64,000 nucleotides of DNA from Tolypothrix carrinoi HA7290-LM1 (GCA_019358935.1 JAHHIK010000007.1:32001-96000), one strand, 5' to 3'. Counted from the stretch's first letter, positions 1 to 10,535 are shown. Notes: generated by a model not told the origin, from the sequence alone. A program made the numbers and translations.

Positions 1-1333
1 TCCTAGCCAACAAGCTGCTGGGAAAACCTGTGGCTGAGGTTCCAATTAGCTCTATGGACTCGGAGGCATTCACGGTCAAATTCCCTCCATTTCCTGTAGC
101 TGGTGTAAATTGTGAATTCCGTATAAATCCACTAGAATCTGTTGATACCTCTGCCCCATCTTGAATACGCAGTCTACCAGTGTTGATCGTTATGTCACCT
201 GCCTTACCGGCAGCGCTGGTAAAACTAGACAATGCACTGGGCTGGGTTTGAGAAGTCTTTGGATCTATAAAGCTACCAATTAAGTCTACAGACCTGGAGG
301 CGTTCACTGTCAATCTTCCTCCCGCACCGAATCCAATAGTATTAGATAAAACTTGTGCGCCATCCCGAACAATTAATTTCTCACTAGTAATCGTTAAGTC
401 TCCACCATCTCCGACACCCCTAGCCTGACTTCTCAAGCGCGTATTATAACCAATTAGTTCGACATCTCTACCTTGTACCTGGATATTACCTGAGCTGCCA
501 TCTCTGTTATTGGCATCTACTTGTGATGGAATCTGAGAACTGTCAACAGCTCGCAGTCTTAATTGAATGTTTTGGAAATTCTGAACCCCAGAATAGCCCA
601 AAACCCAGCCTTGGTTTATTGGGTTAAGACTGACCAAACTATCAAGAGCGACACTTCCTATCTCAATTCGTCCCGACGGTGCTGTTAAATTTCCGCCCTC
701 AAATATCACATCACCGCCTACAAGTGCTAAGGTTTTGCCTGTTGGCACCTGTAGACCAACGGGGAATCCAAAACTATTGATTGCCCCACCTGGACTAGCT
801 TGAGATTGGTTGCGGATGGGTGCCGCAGTTGCTCCGAATTGTAAGCCAATAGGAACACTTACTGTCAGCAGGGGTGCGGTTATTGTATCTGTAGCACTAA
901 ACTTAGTACCATCGGCAAAATTCAAACTAGCGGCTGTACTTGCTACAAATGAACCACCGATGTTGAGGGAAGCATTGGAACCAAAAATAATCCCGTTGGG
1001 ATTAATCAAAAACACGTTGGCTGTGCCGTTGGCTCGGAGTATGCCATCAATATTAGAAGTAGACTGACCCGTTACCCGGCTAATAATGTTCTGAATATCG
1101 AAGGCATTGTTAAAGTAAGCCGCACTTCCAGTAGGTACGGAAAACATCTCAAAACTGTGGAAAAGATTGCCCCCAAATCGGGTTCCACCTTCAATAATTC
1201 TTATGTTGTCTTGTGTTGTAATGCGAGAATTGTTAGGTAGAGTAACATCTGGGACAATTTGGGCAATAGCACAGCTTTCCCAGAAAGCTATTGCACCAAC
1301 TATTACAATTCCTAGCCCTTTAAACCTGCCCAA
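1..1333 (-). CDS. Filamentous haemagglutinin-family (TpsA-like) exoprotein, N-terminal part; runs off the left edge of the window
   Basis: Manual minus-strand translation: signal-like MGRFKGLGIVIVGAIAFWESCAIAQ, then IVPDVTL...NLFHSF...NIISRVTG...NVFLINPNGIIFG (NPNG secretion-domain motif), followed by Gly/Asn/Thr-rich repeats. TTG start at 1333 is uncertain. Confidence 0.85.
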   Translation of the reverse strand, partial: MGRFKGLGIVIVGAIAFWESCAIAQIVPDVTLPNNSRITTQDNIRIIEGGTRFGGNLFHSFEMFSVPTGSAAYFNNAFDIQNIISRVTGQSTSNIDGILRANGTANVFLINPNGIIFGSNASLNIGGSFVASTAASLNFADGTKFSATDTITAPLLTVSVPIGLQFGATAAPIRNQSQASPGGAINSFGFPVGLQVPTGKTLALVGGDVIFEGGNLTAPSGRIEIGSVALDSLVSLNPINQGWVLGYSGVQNFQNIQLRLRAVDSSQIPSQVDANNRDGSSGNIQVQGRDVELIGYNTRLRSQARGVGDGGDLTITSEKLIVRDGAQVLSNTIGFGAGGRLTVNASRSVDLIGSFIDPKTSQTQPSALSSFTSAAGKAGDITINTGRLRIQDGAEVSTDSSGFIRNSQFTPATGNGGNLTVNASESIELIGTSATGFPSSLLAR

Positions 1334-1650
1334 AAGAATGCTGATAGTGCAACCCCTCCATGCTCTCTTCTCTGTTGCTGAATAACAGTAACTCTGTACC
1401 TATATTACTCCCTTCCCGGTGTTCAATTGAGGAACCACATTAGCTGTGTCATATTGGTCTCAAATCAACTGAAAATGATTCGACATCTCCAGAAAAGACG
1501 TAGAGACGTAGCACTTGGTAGTCTCTTGGGTTCGGGCAACGCATAATTAATTTCTACGCCTATGTCTATTGCCTACCATACAGTAGGCACGCGCTTGCCC
1601 TCTTATGCTTACTGTAATTAAGTTTTAGCAGTCGCCCTAAATTCTGTCTA

Positions 1651-1680
1651 TTCCTGTGATAAAGATTTTTATCACAGGAA
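1651..1680. repeat. Perfect 13-bp inverted repeat (terminator or operator)
   Basis: TTCCTGTGATAAA-gatt-TTTATCACAGGAA, between the small peptide ORF and the haemagglutinin gene. Confidence 0.6.
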
Positions 1681-1891
1681 AAATACGCTCAAAGCCTGAA
1701 TTCGGGCGTGAGAATGAAGCATTGAATCCGGTTGAAATTTTATCCTGATCACTTTCCATCAGTCAGAGCGCGTACATTTTGGTGACAATGCTCAAAGCAC
1801 GCGAATTATAGCTACCGTTGCGCCTTTATTCTTTCTTTTAAACTAGATTGGTAGTAAATTAGTCAATACGTCTGGTTTAATCGAGAGGTAT

Positions 1892-2047
1892 TCAGCAACT
1901 TATACAGTTTCCAAACTCATCCGCGCAGCAAGGCTTTCCTAGAAGCTCTTGCTTTTCAGGCACCTTGCCGAAGTTAGACTTCTTCTGGCTCTCACTTGTT
2001 TGCTGCTTAATCTCGTCTTTTGACTGCTGTATTTTTTGAGAATCCAT
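1892..2047 (-). CDS. 51-aa peptide with polar leader-like N-terminus and Cys-rich C-terminus (possible RiPP precursor or metal-binding peptide)
   Basis: Manual translation MDSQKIQQSKDEIKQQTSESQKKSNFGKVPEKQELLGKPCCADEFGNCISC*. AGGAG Shine-Dalgarno upstream of the ATG. Below the ORF-track size cutoff. Confidence 0.6.
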   Translation of the reverse strand: MDSQKIQQSKDEIKQQTSESQKKSNFGKVPEKQELLGKPCCADEFGNCISC

Positions 2048-2572
2048 GACTTTTTTTCTCCTAGCAATATAGTAGATTTATGGAAATGCATAGTACCAAT
2101 GATGGTGCATGGTACTGTCTGTTAACCGAGCGGAGCTTTGAGTAGCAGTCGAACTAACAATTGAGTGAAGTAAGTTCAACTTTTTCCTTCTGCATTCTTA
2201 ATAGGTTTAATTGAAATAAACTTATGCATTTAGAAAAAATGCCTTACATTGGCACGAGCGATCGCTCGATCGCTGGTGATGGTGCGACTGGGGGACACTC
2301 GTCGCAAGCTATGAGGCGCTCACTCTCCGTTACAAGTGCCTTACTTGCCGTTTCTCAAGCATATCCCCACCCACAGCACTGCCCGTCGCCAAAATCTACA
2401 CCAATTGCTTGCAAGGCATACTTGTACTTATCAAAAATACAAATGCTTGACTTCAAGTTCTTCACTGGGAGCAACTTGAATTGAGCGACAAAATTCTTCA
2501 GAAGAAAGCATTTAGCACAAAACTATTCGTTCTTCCTTAACAACTTAAATTATGATGTAGGCGCAATAAAAG

Positions 2573-5500
2573 CTAATCTTTCCCTCTTTTGTTAAGAAAG
2601 GCTAACCTTTCCCTCTCCGATTGAGAAAGCAATGCCCAAGCCACTTGCCTCTCCTGAAGTTCATAAAGTTCAAGAAAATCCACAACCAATTCCCACGAGT
2701 CGCACCCACATAGAATTTCAGGCATACTCAATTCAAATTCTACTATTTGTTGCGAGTCGCGGTTTAGCCGAATTTCCTCCAACTGTTCTTTATCCACAGC
2801 CGGTTCGACTTTTATAAGCTTATTAACCAAATGCGGATTTTCTAACGGGTCTAAATCCGGTACAAAAACTGTCCCCGACTGGCTGGAGATATAGTATTTC
2901 TTATATCTTTGGCTAGTTGGGGACAGTTTTGGGGGTTCAAAAAATCTCTTGTCAATCGCCTCTAACACAAAACGTGTCGTGTCGTCAAGTTGAGGTAAGG
3001 TGGTAGGGTCAAAGTGGTAGAAATACTTTCTTTCCCCCCCTCCAACACGATGGCGATCGCGCACTATGACAACACCAATTTTCGACAAAACTCGTCTTAG
3101 CAAGTAAACCGGATCGCTATCAGCATCAGCATTAATCGCCAACACAGCACGCAGTTTGTAAGAATTTTTTACACAAACCCGTTTAAAATCAACAATTAAT
3201 TCCTCATCAGCAGTCCAATGCCCAAGTTTTCTACTCAACTTATCAACCAAAGAAGGCACACCCAAATCACACAGCACGCTTGCTTGCATTGCACGGGAGC
3301 GCATATCCCAAATCTCATCACCGTAGTTAAGGGATTTTAGCCAGCGCTCAACATCAAACATTTTTTGTTTGTCCAGATTGGACATAGCCCAGCGTAATTC
3401 CAGCTGACTGATATAATCTGGGTCTTTAAAGTGTTTTTCGTATATAAAATCAGCATCAAAATCAAAACCTGGTAATCTATGTTTTAAAATTGCTTTTGTA
3501 GCTTTGTGTCTATCCTCTGGTGTTAGCATCATCGATTCCCAAAGCTTTAGAGCTTGCTGATAACTTATATCTTCCGCTTCATAGATAGATGAAGATTCCT
3601 CTTTTAGCCATTCGTCGCGAGCTTCATTAATCTTCTTAAAAGACTCGTAAACTTGCATAGGCATTTCTGAAGCGTTATGTCCTATATTCTGTAAATCTCG
3701 AATCAGCGATTCTCGCAAATTAGCACGACTGTGATTATCAAGTGCTGTATAGCTACAAACAGCTTTAAAATGTGGTGATTGCCACTTATTAGAAGTAAAA
3801 TTCATCAATTGTTCCAGATTGTCAATAATACTAGTAGCCTCGTTTTTGTCAGGTAAATAATTGCAGATTCCCAACAAATCTATAGCTTGTTGGTGGTTGT
3901 TAAAATAATTGCGAGCCACAACTTCTGGAAGCGGAGAGCGAGAAGCGTGATTATCCAAGAGAGAATAAGTTTTGCAGAAGACAATTCGCTCTACAGGCTG
4001 TCTGTACCGTGCCAACATCTGCATAATTTGACGGTGGTTTATCACCCCAAAAAATGTACCGTACACCCGCTCAAAATAAGGAAGAGTAATATCTAAGCTA
4101 CTTTCAGCAGTAGGAGATATCAATACTACTTGCGGTTTATTTTCTGCTAAATACTCGTTGGGTTTTTGCAGGAAACTGTTAACAGCATGGCTTGTCTCTG
4201 GGTCAGCTTTTGTCATGCTATCAACTCGTAAAACATCAAGATTAAAAGACTCTAAAACGCTTTGTAAACCAACTAAGTTGCGTTGTGCGTCACTGACAAT
4301 TAGCAATTTATTGCCAAGAGCAGCATCATAAACAAGTCCTTTCTCAAAGCCCCCACGAGCATTTTTCATTTCACGGACTTTACCACTTTTAAATACTTTC
4401 TTTTCGCCACCATATACGCTTACCTTCCATGCTGGAACTTGTCCTTTGTTCCAAATTCCAAATATGTTTTTCCCAGAAATTTCTTGTAAATATTTAGAAG
4501 AAATTGCAGTTAGGTCAGCGTCGAAACAGAAGATATAATCAGCTTCACGTATCAGGCGAACAAAACTTTCAATAATAATCTTGCGACGCTTGCGGCAGGT
4601 GCTTCCTGCTAGCATCTGCTGCAAGAGTTTATCGACTTCTTCGAGGATTAAGACTTTTCGGGATGATAATAAAAAGCAAGAATCAACACAAGCAGCAATC
4701 CAAGAACAAACCGAGCGCAACTTTTTATTTAAACGCTTGTCGTCAGTGGAAATATCATGGAGGTGAATGACTTTATCTTGAGATTTTTCACAAAATTGTT
4801 GTAGTAAAGAATTACGGTAAGATAATACGGTTCCTTGACTAAAATGTTCGACAATTTTGAGGGCAAGTGTAGATTTACCAGTTGCCATTCCCGATTTCAA
4901 AAGATAAACACCTTTGGCGAGATTATTGAGGTTTAAGTTAAGGAATCTCTCTGATTTTATCGAATCTGCCCACGGGGAGAAATCTTCTAAATATTGTTGC
5001 GCTGCTTGAACTCGTTCTTTATAATCACCAAAGTTAAGTTGTTTAGAGTCAAACCAATTATCCTCTGACTGGAGTCCACCATGCTCACGGGCATACGCTA
5101 GGAATTGCTGCCAACTGATATAATCAATTTCGGTAAAGAGCGGCAGTTCGTCGATATCCTGGTGCTGTTCCTTATCAATTTGTCCCCACCAACCAACACG
5201 GACGAATAACCCCAGGCTGTGGAAGAATTCGTATTGACGAATCCAGCGACGCATTACTTGGGGGTTTTTCACGTCCCCGGCATCTGGGCAGATGTTGATT
5301 GTGTGGATAATTTTGGTAGTGATTAGTTCTTGAAATTGCTCTCCAGATCCGCTAAAATTGCCACCGGCTGCCCCAACAAACAGTTTGTTAAAATGTATAG
5401 CAGCAATTAATGGTTTGGGCAATCCTTCAGCTACAAAAGCCTCCCCACCAAATTCCTCTCCTGTCCAGGAGCAATCGGAGCTAAAAATAGCAAAGCCAGG

Positions 5501-6175
5501 GATAATGGTAATGGGCAGCTCGCCATTTTGTAGATGTGAGGATTTATAGCCCTTGGGCCATCTGTACTTACCTCCATCTGGAGAGCCATCTAATCGATAC
5601 TGCCCGCCAGCAATTAATCCTTCGAGGGTGAAGGCAGGCATAAAGATTGCACTATCAGCAACCGCAAGGGAGCCACTACGCACGCCAGGATAATTCGAGG
5701 GAAACAAAGCTGGTAGTTTTTCGCGAGGACTTACGCTGAAAAATCCCGATAAATTAATTTGCTCATCACTTAAACCCCTTGCTCTAAGGGAATCTCTGTG
5801 ACGGCTGGATAAGCCGAAGTATTTGTGAAGCTGCCGAGCGTATTTATCAATTTCCTGTATGGAGAGCTTGCTCTTAGCCTCAGCTGCCTTCTCCTCTCGA
5901 CGGCGGCGCTCTTTCTCCTCACGCCACTCCGGATGCTGTGAAGAGTAATGGCTGCCATCAGAACGTTCCGCAACCAAAATTCCCCAAAATGCGCCACCGT
6001 TGACATCCTTAAGATAGCGCCAGCCCGGTATCGATTGATGGGTGTGCAGACACAGCACCATTGAAAAGTCGCTTTTTACTTGGCAATCGTGTTTTTGCCC
6101 ACTACAAGCAGGGCAAGAGAAAGTGCGACTCGTGCGGATAAAATCTTTTTTGTTGTAATTTGGTGATGCTACCAT
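2573..6175 (-). CDS. repA: Plasmid replication protein, CyRepA1-like (Zn finger + primase-like domain + helicase-like domain)
   Basis: 1200 aa; N-terminal CPAC...C; AEGLPKP and PDAGD Toprim-like motifs; Walker A SGMATGKS; ILEEVD Walker B; QMLARYR motif. Confidence 0.85.
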   Translation of the reverse strand: MVASPNYNKKDFIRTSRTFSCPACSGQKHDCQVKSDFSMVLCLHTHQSIPGWRYLKDVNGGAFWGILVAERSDGSHYSSQHPEWREEKERRRREEKAAEAKSKLSIQEIDKYARQLHKYFGLSSRHRDSLRARGLSDEQINLSGFFSVSPREKLPALFPSNYPGVRSGSLAVADSAIFMPAFTLEGLIAGGQYRLDGSPDGGKYRWPKGYKSSHLQNGELPITIIPGFAIFSSDCSWTGEEFGGEAFVAEGLPKPLIAAIHFNKLFVGAAGGNFSGSGEQFQELITTKIIHTINICPDAGDVKNPQVMRRWIRQYEFFHSLGLFVRVGWWGQIDKEQHQDIDELPLFTEIDYISWQQFLAYAREHGGLQSEDNWFDSKQLNFGDYKERVQAAQQYLEDFSPWADSIKSERFLNLNLNNLAKGVYLLKSGMATGKSTLALKIVEHFSQGTVLSYRNSLLQQFCEKSQDKVIHLHDISTDDKRLNKKLRSVCSWIAACVDSCFLLSSRKVLILEEVDKLLQQMLAGSTCRKRRKIIIESFVRLIREADYIFCFDADLTAISSKYLQEISGKNIFGIWNKGQVPAWKVSVYGGEKKVFKSGKVREMKNARGGFEKGLVYDAALGNKLLIVSDAQRNLVGLQSVLESFNLDVLRVDSMTKADPETSHAVNSFLQKPNEYLAENKPQVVLISPTAESSLDITLPYFERVYGTFFGVINHRQIMQMLARYRQPVERIVFCKTYSLLDNHASRSPLPEVVARNYFNNHQQAIDLLGICNYLPDKNEATSIIDNLEQLMNFTSNKWQSPHFKAVCSYTALDNHSRANLRESLIRDLQNIGHNASEMPMQVYESFKKINEARDEWLKEESSSIYEAEDISYQQALKLWESMMLTPEDRHKATKAILKHRLPGFDFDADFIYEKHFKDPDYISQLELRWAMSNLDKQKMFDVERWLKSLNYGDEIWDMRSRAMQASVLCDLGVPSLVDKLSRKLGHWTADEELIVDFKRVCVKNSYKLRAVLAINADADSDPVYLLRRVLSKIGVVIVRDRHRVGGGERKYFYHFDPTTLPQLDDTTRFVLEAIDKRFFEPPKLSPTSQRYKKYYISSQSGTVFVPDLDPLENPHLVNKLIKVEPAVDKEQLEEIRLNRDSQQIVEFELSMPEILCGCDSWELVVDFLELYELQERQVAWALLSQSERERLAFLNKRGKD

Positions 6176-6460
6176 TTTCTATCTCCAGGCAGTTGACTTG
6201 CCTCGTGGAGAGAGAACCTGCTTGCTATCTGTCAAGTATTTGTATTGGTGGGTAGAGTTCTTTCGTCGGTTGAGTTGAAATAGCTGTAACAATAATTAAG
6301 CTGTAAAGTCCTTATCCTGTATAGATATCAAAGAATCAAGCATTTTATTTGTTACAATTTTTTTATCTCAATACTGACATGGTTCAAATATTGGCAGATT
6401 GGCTTTAGTTGAGCCAAGTGAGTAAGCCAAGCCTCTCTCTTACGAGAAGGATTGTTTGCT

Positions 6461-6742
6461 CTAAGGGTTACTCACTTGGGTAAATCTAATCGAGCAAATG
6501 AAGCCCAAGCTCTTCAAGTACAGCTTGCGGCTTGGAACTTTTTCCTGCCAACCTTTAACGTATATTCGTTTTGAGCCTAGAAATGGTGCTAAAAGACTCG
6601 AAGCTGGAATATTGTTGAAAACTATTAAGTACGAATCTCTAATCCTCTGCCAGGTCTTGTGTTCTGGGGGCAGCGGTAGATTTTTCGATTGGTTTTGAGC
6701 GAAATCAATGCGAAGAAGAGTAGATGAGCGTGTTCTAGACAT
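6461..6742 (-). CDS. Hypothetical protein upstream of rep
   Basis: 93-aa ATG ORF co-oriented with rep; no recognisable motif. Confidence 0.4.
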   Translation of the reverse strand: MSRTRSSTLLRIDFAQNQSKNLPLPPEHKTWQRIRDSYLIVFNNIPASSLLAPFLGSKRIYVKGWQEKVPSRKLYLKSLGFICSIRFTQVSNP

Positions 6743-7002
6743 ATCAACCTAATTTGTTGGGAGTCAGGTCGAACAACACCACACCACTTCCGAAGCAACC
6801 CAACAAAAAAGGTGTACACTAGAGTTAGAAAAAAACATAAACATAAATGATCTGGGTTGTTGGGCAATGCTTGCTTCGTTTGTGGTGACGACTGTTATTT
6901 GTTGTTACTGTCGTTGGTGTTGTCCTCCCCTTTTTTTTACAGGTACTATCTATCCATAATAGTACATAAGCAAAAAGAATTAACTATCTTCCCGCTTTAC
7001 TT

Positions 7003-7416
7003 ATGCATTTATCCTACATGAAATTGGCATACAATGATTGCTCTCCGCTTGGGCAATTCATTTTGAAGTATATGCGAGAAGAAGATTTAACTCTTAAAGA
7101 CCTCGCCGCCAAAGCGGGACTGACACGACCAGGGCTGCGGACAATGCTGGAGAAGCACGGAAGCCCTACGGAAACAAGCTTGATAAAACTAGCAGATGCG
7201 ATGAACGTATCACCTCACTTACTTTTCAAGCTTAAGCACCAAAATGAAATAGAAAATCCAATTACACCTGACGCTATTAACTTCTTTATACAAGCTGTAG
7301 AAAAACTTGTCAAAGCTATTAGAGAAGCAACAAAAGACCTTCCAGAAGAAAAGCGTCCTGATAATGACGAAATTTTATTACTCGCGGTAAAGACAGCAAG
7401 AATGATTAACTACTAA
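7003..7416 (+). CDS. XRE/Cro-C1-type HTH transcriptional regulator
   Basis: LTLKDLAAKAGLTRPGL...PTETSLIKLADAMNVS HTH pattern; divergent from rep. Confidence 0.8.
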   Translation: MHLSYMKLAYNDCSPLGQFILKYMREEDLTLKDLAAKAGLTRPGLRTMLEKHGSPTETSLIKLADAMNVSPHLLFKLKHQNEIENPITPDAINFFIQAVEKLVKAIREATKDLPEEKRPDNDEILLLAVKTARMINY

Positions 7417-7431
7417 AAATAATACGCACTT

Positions 7432-7471
7432 AATCCCTAAAATTGTCCGTAAATTTTGGGGATTTTTATTT
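7432..7471 (+). terminator. Probable intrinsic terminator
   Basis: AATCCCTAAAATT...AATTTTGGGGATT stem followed by a T run, just after the regulator stop. Confidence 0.6.
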
Positions 7472-7702
7472 TTAATTTCAAAACCACTAACTTTATATCA
7501 ACAACATTGTGTAGCTTTTAAGGGTTTTCAAGCCCGGAATACCGGAAATTGCACGCTTATAGGCAAGGGAGCATATATGCTTTTGATGCGATCGCAATCT
7601 AAAACAAAGTAGATAGCAGAACAAGAAAGGTAGCTTGCAACGAGAATATAGCGGAAGCGATAGCAATAGACGCGGGATTGATATTAGCAGAGTTCATAAA
7701 AG

Positions 7703-7909
7703 TTAAGAATTGTCGCTACTTTTTTCTTCAGGATATTTAAGTCTGCCTTCTTTTTCAGCTATTTCAACGTCTCTACGCAACAGATAAGCAGCTAAATCGG
7801 CTAGACTGGTGCCTTCAATGTCAGCCCATCTCTGCAATTTTTCATGAGTTAAATCTGGAATAGAAACACTTACTCTCTTAGTCACTGCAAGCTTTTTATT
7901 AATTTTCAT
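7703..7909 (-). CDS. Ribbon-helix-helix (CopG/Arc-like) DNA-binding protein
   Basis: KRVSVSIPDLTHEKLQRWADIEGTSLADLAAYLL, beta-alpha-alpha pattern. Confidence 0.8.
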   Translation of the reverse strand: MKINKKLAVTKRVSVSIPDLTHEKLQRWADIEGTSLADLAAYLLRRDVEIAEKEGRLKYPEEKSSDNS

Positions 7910-7950
7910 GTTCCATACTACTTCTAACGGTGGAATTATGTTGCTGTTAA

Positions 7951-7992
7951 TTTAGCATTAAAAAGCTGCTATATAGCATCTATTATGCTAAA
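7951..7992. promoter_or_regulatory. Nested palindromes, candidate operator between the RHH gene and the divergent operon
   Basis: TTTAGCAT...TGCTATATAGCA...ATGCTAAA; repeated TAGCA/TGCTA half-sites. Confidence 0.45.
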
Positions 7993-8415
7993 GTATCAAA
8001 TATCGGCTGACTCAGTTTTCAGGCTAAAGAGAAAGCGTAATTGCCAGTGCAAGCGCCCAACCTCATACACACCAAAGCTTTCAGCAAGAAGGAGGCAAAT
8101 TTCTCAAGATGCGAAAAATCCCGACAGAAAAAATCAAATCATCCTTATGAAAAACCTCACCCTAAAAGGTGCGTAGGTAATGCAGGCTATCCCCAACCAG
8201 AAAACAACAGATTGTAAATCTTCATTTCATCGGGTGCATTTGTCAGCAGCAATGAATCATCGCTGCGGTTCGTAAAGAAATGTGACTTTCACAGCCTGCT
8301 GATATCACTCACAGAAAAATGCGTGCTTGCACCTGTGATTTATGTTTTAGGTGGCACTACACAACCGTGCAAGAAAAAGAAGTAGTTTTCAATACTTACA
8401 TGAGGACTTACTTAG

Positions 8416-8880
8416 ATGAGAAAACTAGACCAAAAAGAGGCACGAGAGTTATTTGAGGAAGTATTCGGAAAGCGAATAAGCGATGCAAGCTGGTACAGAT
8501 TAAAGCCTGTTTTTGGGAAAGATTTTCCCCTGACGAAGCAGAATGTTATTTGGCTAGCTGAAATTAAAAAACAACTTCCCAAATGCAATTTGAGACTTGT
8601 ACCAATTGTCAATTTGGTAAAGCAAGCGAACGAATTAATTGCAGGTCGTGAATCAAGAATTAGTGGGAAAGATTTACTTGAACTCTTCGAGCAACACCAA
8701 ATTACAATTCACCCTAACACGCTTACAAAATGGTTTCGTCCGCTTAATGGGTTTCGCCAAACTCGAATTTATTTATTGCAGGAATTGTACCCGGTAATTC
8801 TCGCAGCACACACTTACAAACTCCGGAGGGAGATAAACAACGTTATCCAGTATGAACGTAAAAGCAAGTTAGAAGAATAA
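8416..8880 (+). CDS. Hypothetical protein, possibly DNA-binding
   Basis: 154 aa, first gene of a tightly spaced operon; HPNTLTKWF helix-turn-helix-like segment. Confidence 0.7.
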   Translation: MRKLDQKEARELFEEVFGKRISDASWYRLKPVFGKDFPLTKQNVIWLAEIKKQLPKCNLRLVPIVNLVKQANELIAGRESRISGKDLLELFEQHQITIHPNTLTKWFRPLNGFRQTRIYLLQELYPVILAAHTYKLRREINNVIQYERKSKLEE

Positions 8881-8885
8881 GAATT

Positions 8886-9614
8886 ATGAAAGATTACATC
8901 AAGTTAATCCAAGGACGGCTAACCAGGCAAGGCATCAAACAATCACGGTCGGTTTTAAGGAATGCCGTGACAGAGTTGGGTTTTGACTATAAAAACTTAG
9001 CTGATGATGTTCATGTAACCAATTTACTACTTGAGAAATTCCAAGCCACAAAAGAAGAAGCTATTGAAGTAACTCAGACAGAACCCATCCAAGACACTGT
9101 ACTAGTCACCGAAACACATACAGTAACAGACACACAAAAGGATGCTCCCTACAATTCTGAACATGTATTCAGCCCACAATATACCACAGAAGATGTATTA
9201 ACCCCTCCAGAAACTTTACTCTCTTCGGAGGAAGTAGAAGAATCAGGAATAGTAGTAAGCGAGGGAGAGAAACACGATTTAATCACGTCTCAGGCATCGG
9301 TTTATGGAATTGAACTGTCAGAGGTAGAAATACTGGAACTAGCATCAAATGTTGGGGATAAGTTTACAGATTATGCTGATTTCGTACAGGAAACAAAGCA
9401 GGTTATTAAGTCCTATGCCGACCAACGTTACGATTCTCTTCTTCGGCAGATAGAGGATACGAGTGAGGATTTAAGGAATCATTTCGAGCATCGGGAAAGG
9501 CAATTGAACCAGAAACTTGCAACAGGATTAGAGGAAATAAATACCTTTTTTCGTGCCCAATCAGCCAAGCGAAAAGAACTATCAAAAGTTATCGCAGCAG
9601 CGTTCAAAACTTAA
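8886..9614 (+). CDS. Hypothetical protein with acidic linker and C-terminal coiled coil
   Basis: 242-aa ORF starting 5 nt after the previous stop. Confidence 0.75.
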   Translation: MKDYIKLIQGRLTRQGIKQSRSVLRNAVTELGFDYKNLADDVHVTNLLLEKFQATKEEAIEVTQTEPIQDTVLVTETHTVTDTQKDAPYNSEHVFSPQYTTEDVLTPPETLLSSEEVEESGIVVSEGEKHDLITSQASVYGIELSEVEILELASNVGDKFTDYADFVQETKQVIKSYADQRYDSLLRQIEDTSEDLRNHFEHRERQLNQKLATGLEEINTFFRAQSAKRKELSKVIAAAFKT

Positions 9615-9765
9615 CCCAAACACCTTTTACCTACTACCAATTGTACTGTTGTTTTTACCGCTATTAATTCAATTGTTGTGGAGTTCCCGACCTTTGACCC
9701 CCAGCCAGCAACGACAAAGGTTAGTCGAACAGGGTTTCATCTGTAAAGGACATTGCAAGGATTAA
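9553..9765 (+). CDS. Small single-TM hypothetical protein
   Basis: FYLLPIVLLFLPLLIQLLW hydrophobic helix; fills the gap between operon genes; start uncertain. Confidence 0.45.
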   Translation: MPNQPSEKNYQKLSQQRSKLNPNTFYLLPIVLLFLPLLIQLLWSSRPLTPSQQRQRLVEQGFICKGHCKD

Positions 9766-9767
9766 TT

Positions 9768-10424
9768 ATGAAAAACAAAGCCAAAGTTCGTGACCACATA
9801 TCAGGCTACGGTAAACAAATAACCAAAGCTACAAATCTTCATTTTGGTATCAACAATGCTTTGATTATCAAAGCCGTAAACGGAGACGAGAAAGCCCTCA
9901 AACAGATTGGCGATATGGGTAAGCTGGGGGAGAGACTAGCTACGTCTATGCCACTTATCCGGGAGAATCTTAAAGCTTATATCGAAGGCACAACCGAATA
10001 CAACACAGCCCTAGCAGATATTTATAAAAGTGGTGGTAAAGGTGCCGCTTCAATCGATAAAGCCGCAGGTGATGTAACTTTAGAGAACACCCGTTATAAC
10101 AACCTGATTTCAGAGTACAAAGCTAGTTTATTTGCCAAACTCGAATCTGAGAACCAACGTCACGATGATGCGCTAGATGTCATCGAGTTACAGGCTTGGA
10201 TAGATACTCAAATGGCTACAGTTAACGCCAAAGCTAGCCTTGAATCTATCAGCAATAAGCCATTTTTAGCGCAGATGAAAGCCGACGCGGATTATGAAGA
10301 TAAAAAGATAAAGCACCTGCTAGAGAATGGTAGTGATTCAGATTTATCACTTATCCCCAAAAAGCATTATTCCACCAACCCAGTAGTAAAACTATGGAAT
10401 GAAATCAGAGATATTTTCAGTTAA
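9768..10424 (+). CDS. Hypothetical alpha-helical/coiled-coil protein
   Basis: ATG at 9768 preceded by AAGGA; 218 aa. Confidence 0.75.
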   Translation: MKNKAKVRDHISGYGKQITKATNLHFGINNALIIKAVNGDEKALKQIGDMGKLGERLATSMPLIRENLKAYIEGTTEYNTALADIYKSGGKGAASIDKAAGDVTLENTRYNNLISEYKASLFAKLESENQRHDDALDVIELQAWIDTQMATVNAKASLESISNKPFLAQMKADADYEDKKIKHLLENGSDSDLSLIPKKHYSTNPVVKLWNEIRDIFS

Positions 10425-10506
10425 TTAAAACACCTCCAGGCATAATTGTAACTGGAGGATATTTTCAGTTAATTAAAAAACCTCCAGACACAATTGTAAC
10501 TGGAGG
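10410..10506. repeat. Tandem 48-bp duplication, each unit containing a hairpin
   Basis: GATATTTTCAGTTAATTAAAA..CCTCCAG..ATTGTAACTGGAG at 10410 and 10458. Confidence 0.85.
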
Positions 10507-10535
10507 TACAAATAAACAATTCATTGGTTATTTCT

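Noticed and set aside
1651..1680. CRP/SyCRP binding site
   Set aside because: TGTGA and TCACA are 12 bp apart, not the canonical 6.
7985..8276. Small ORFs upstream of the membrane/ATPase operon
   Set aside because: No recognisable motif; could equally be a leader or promoter region.
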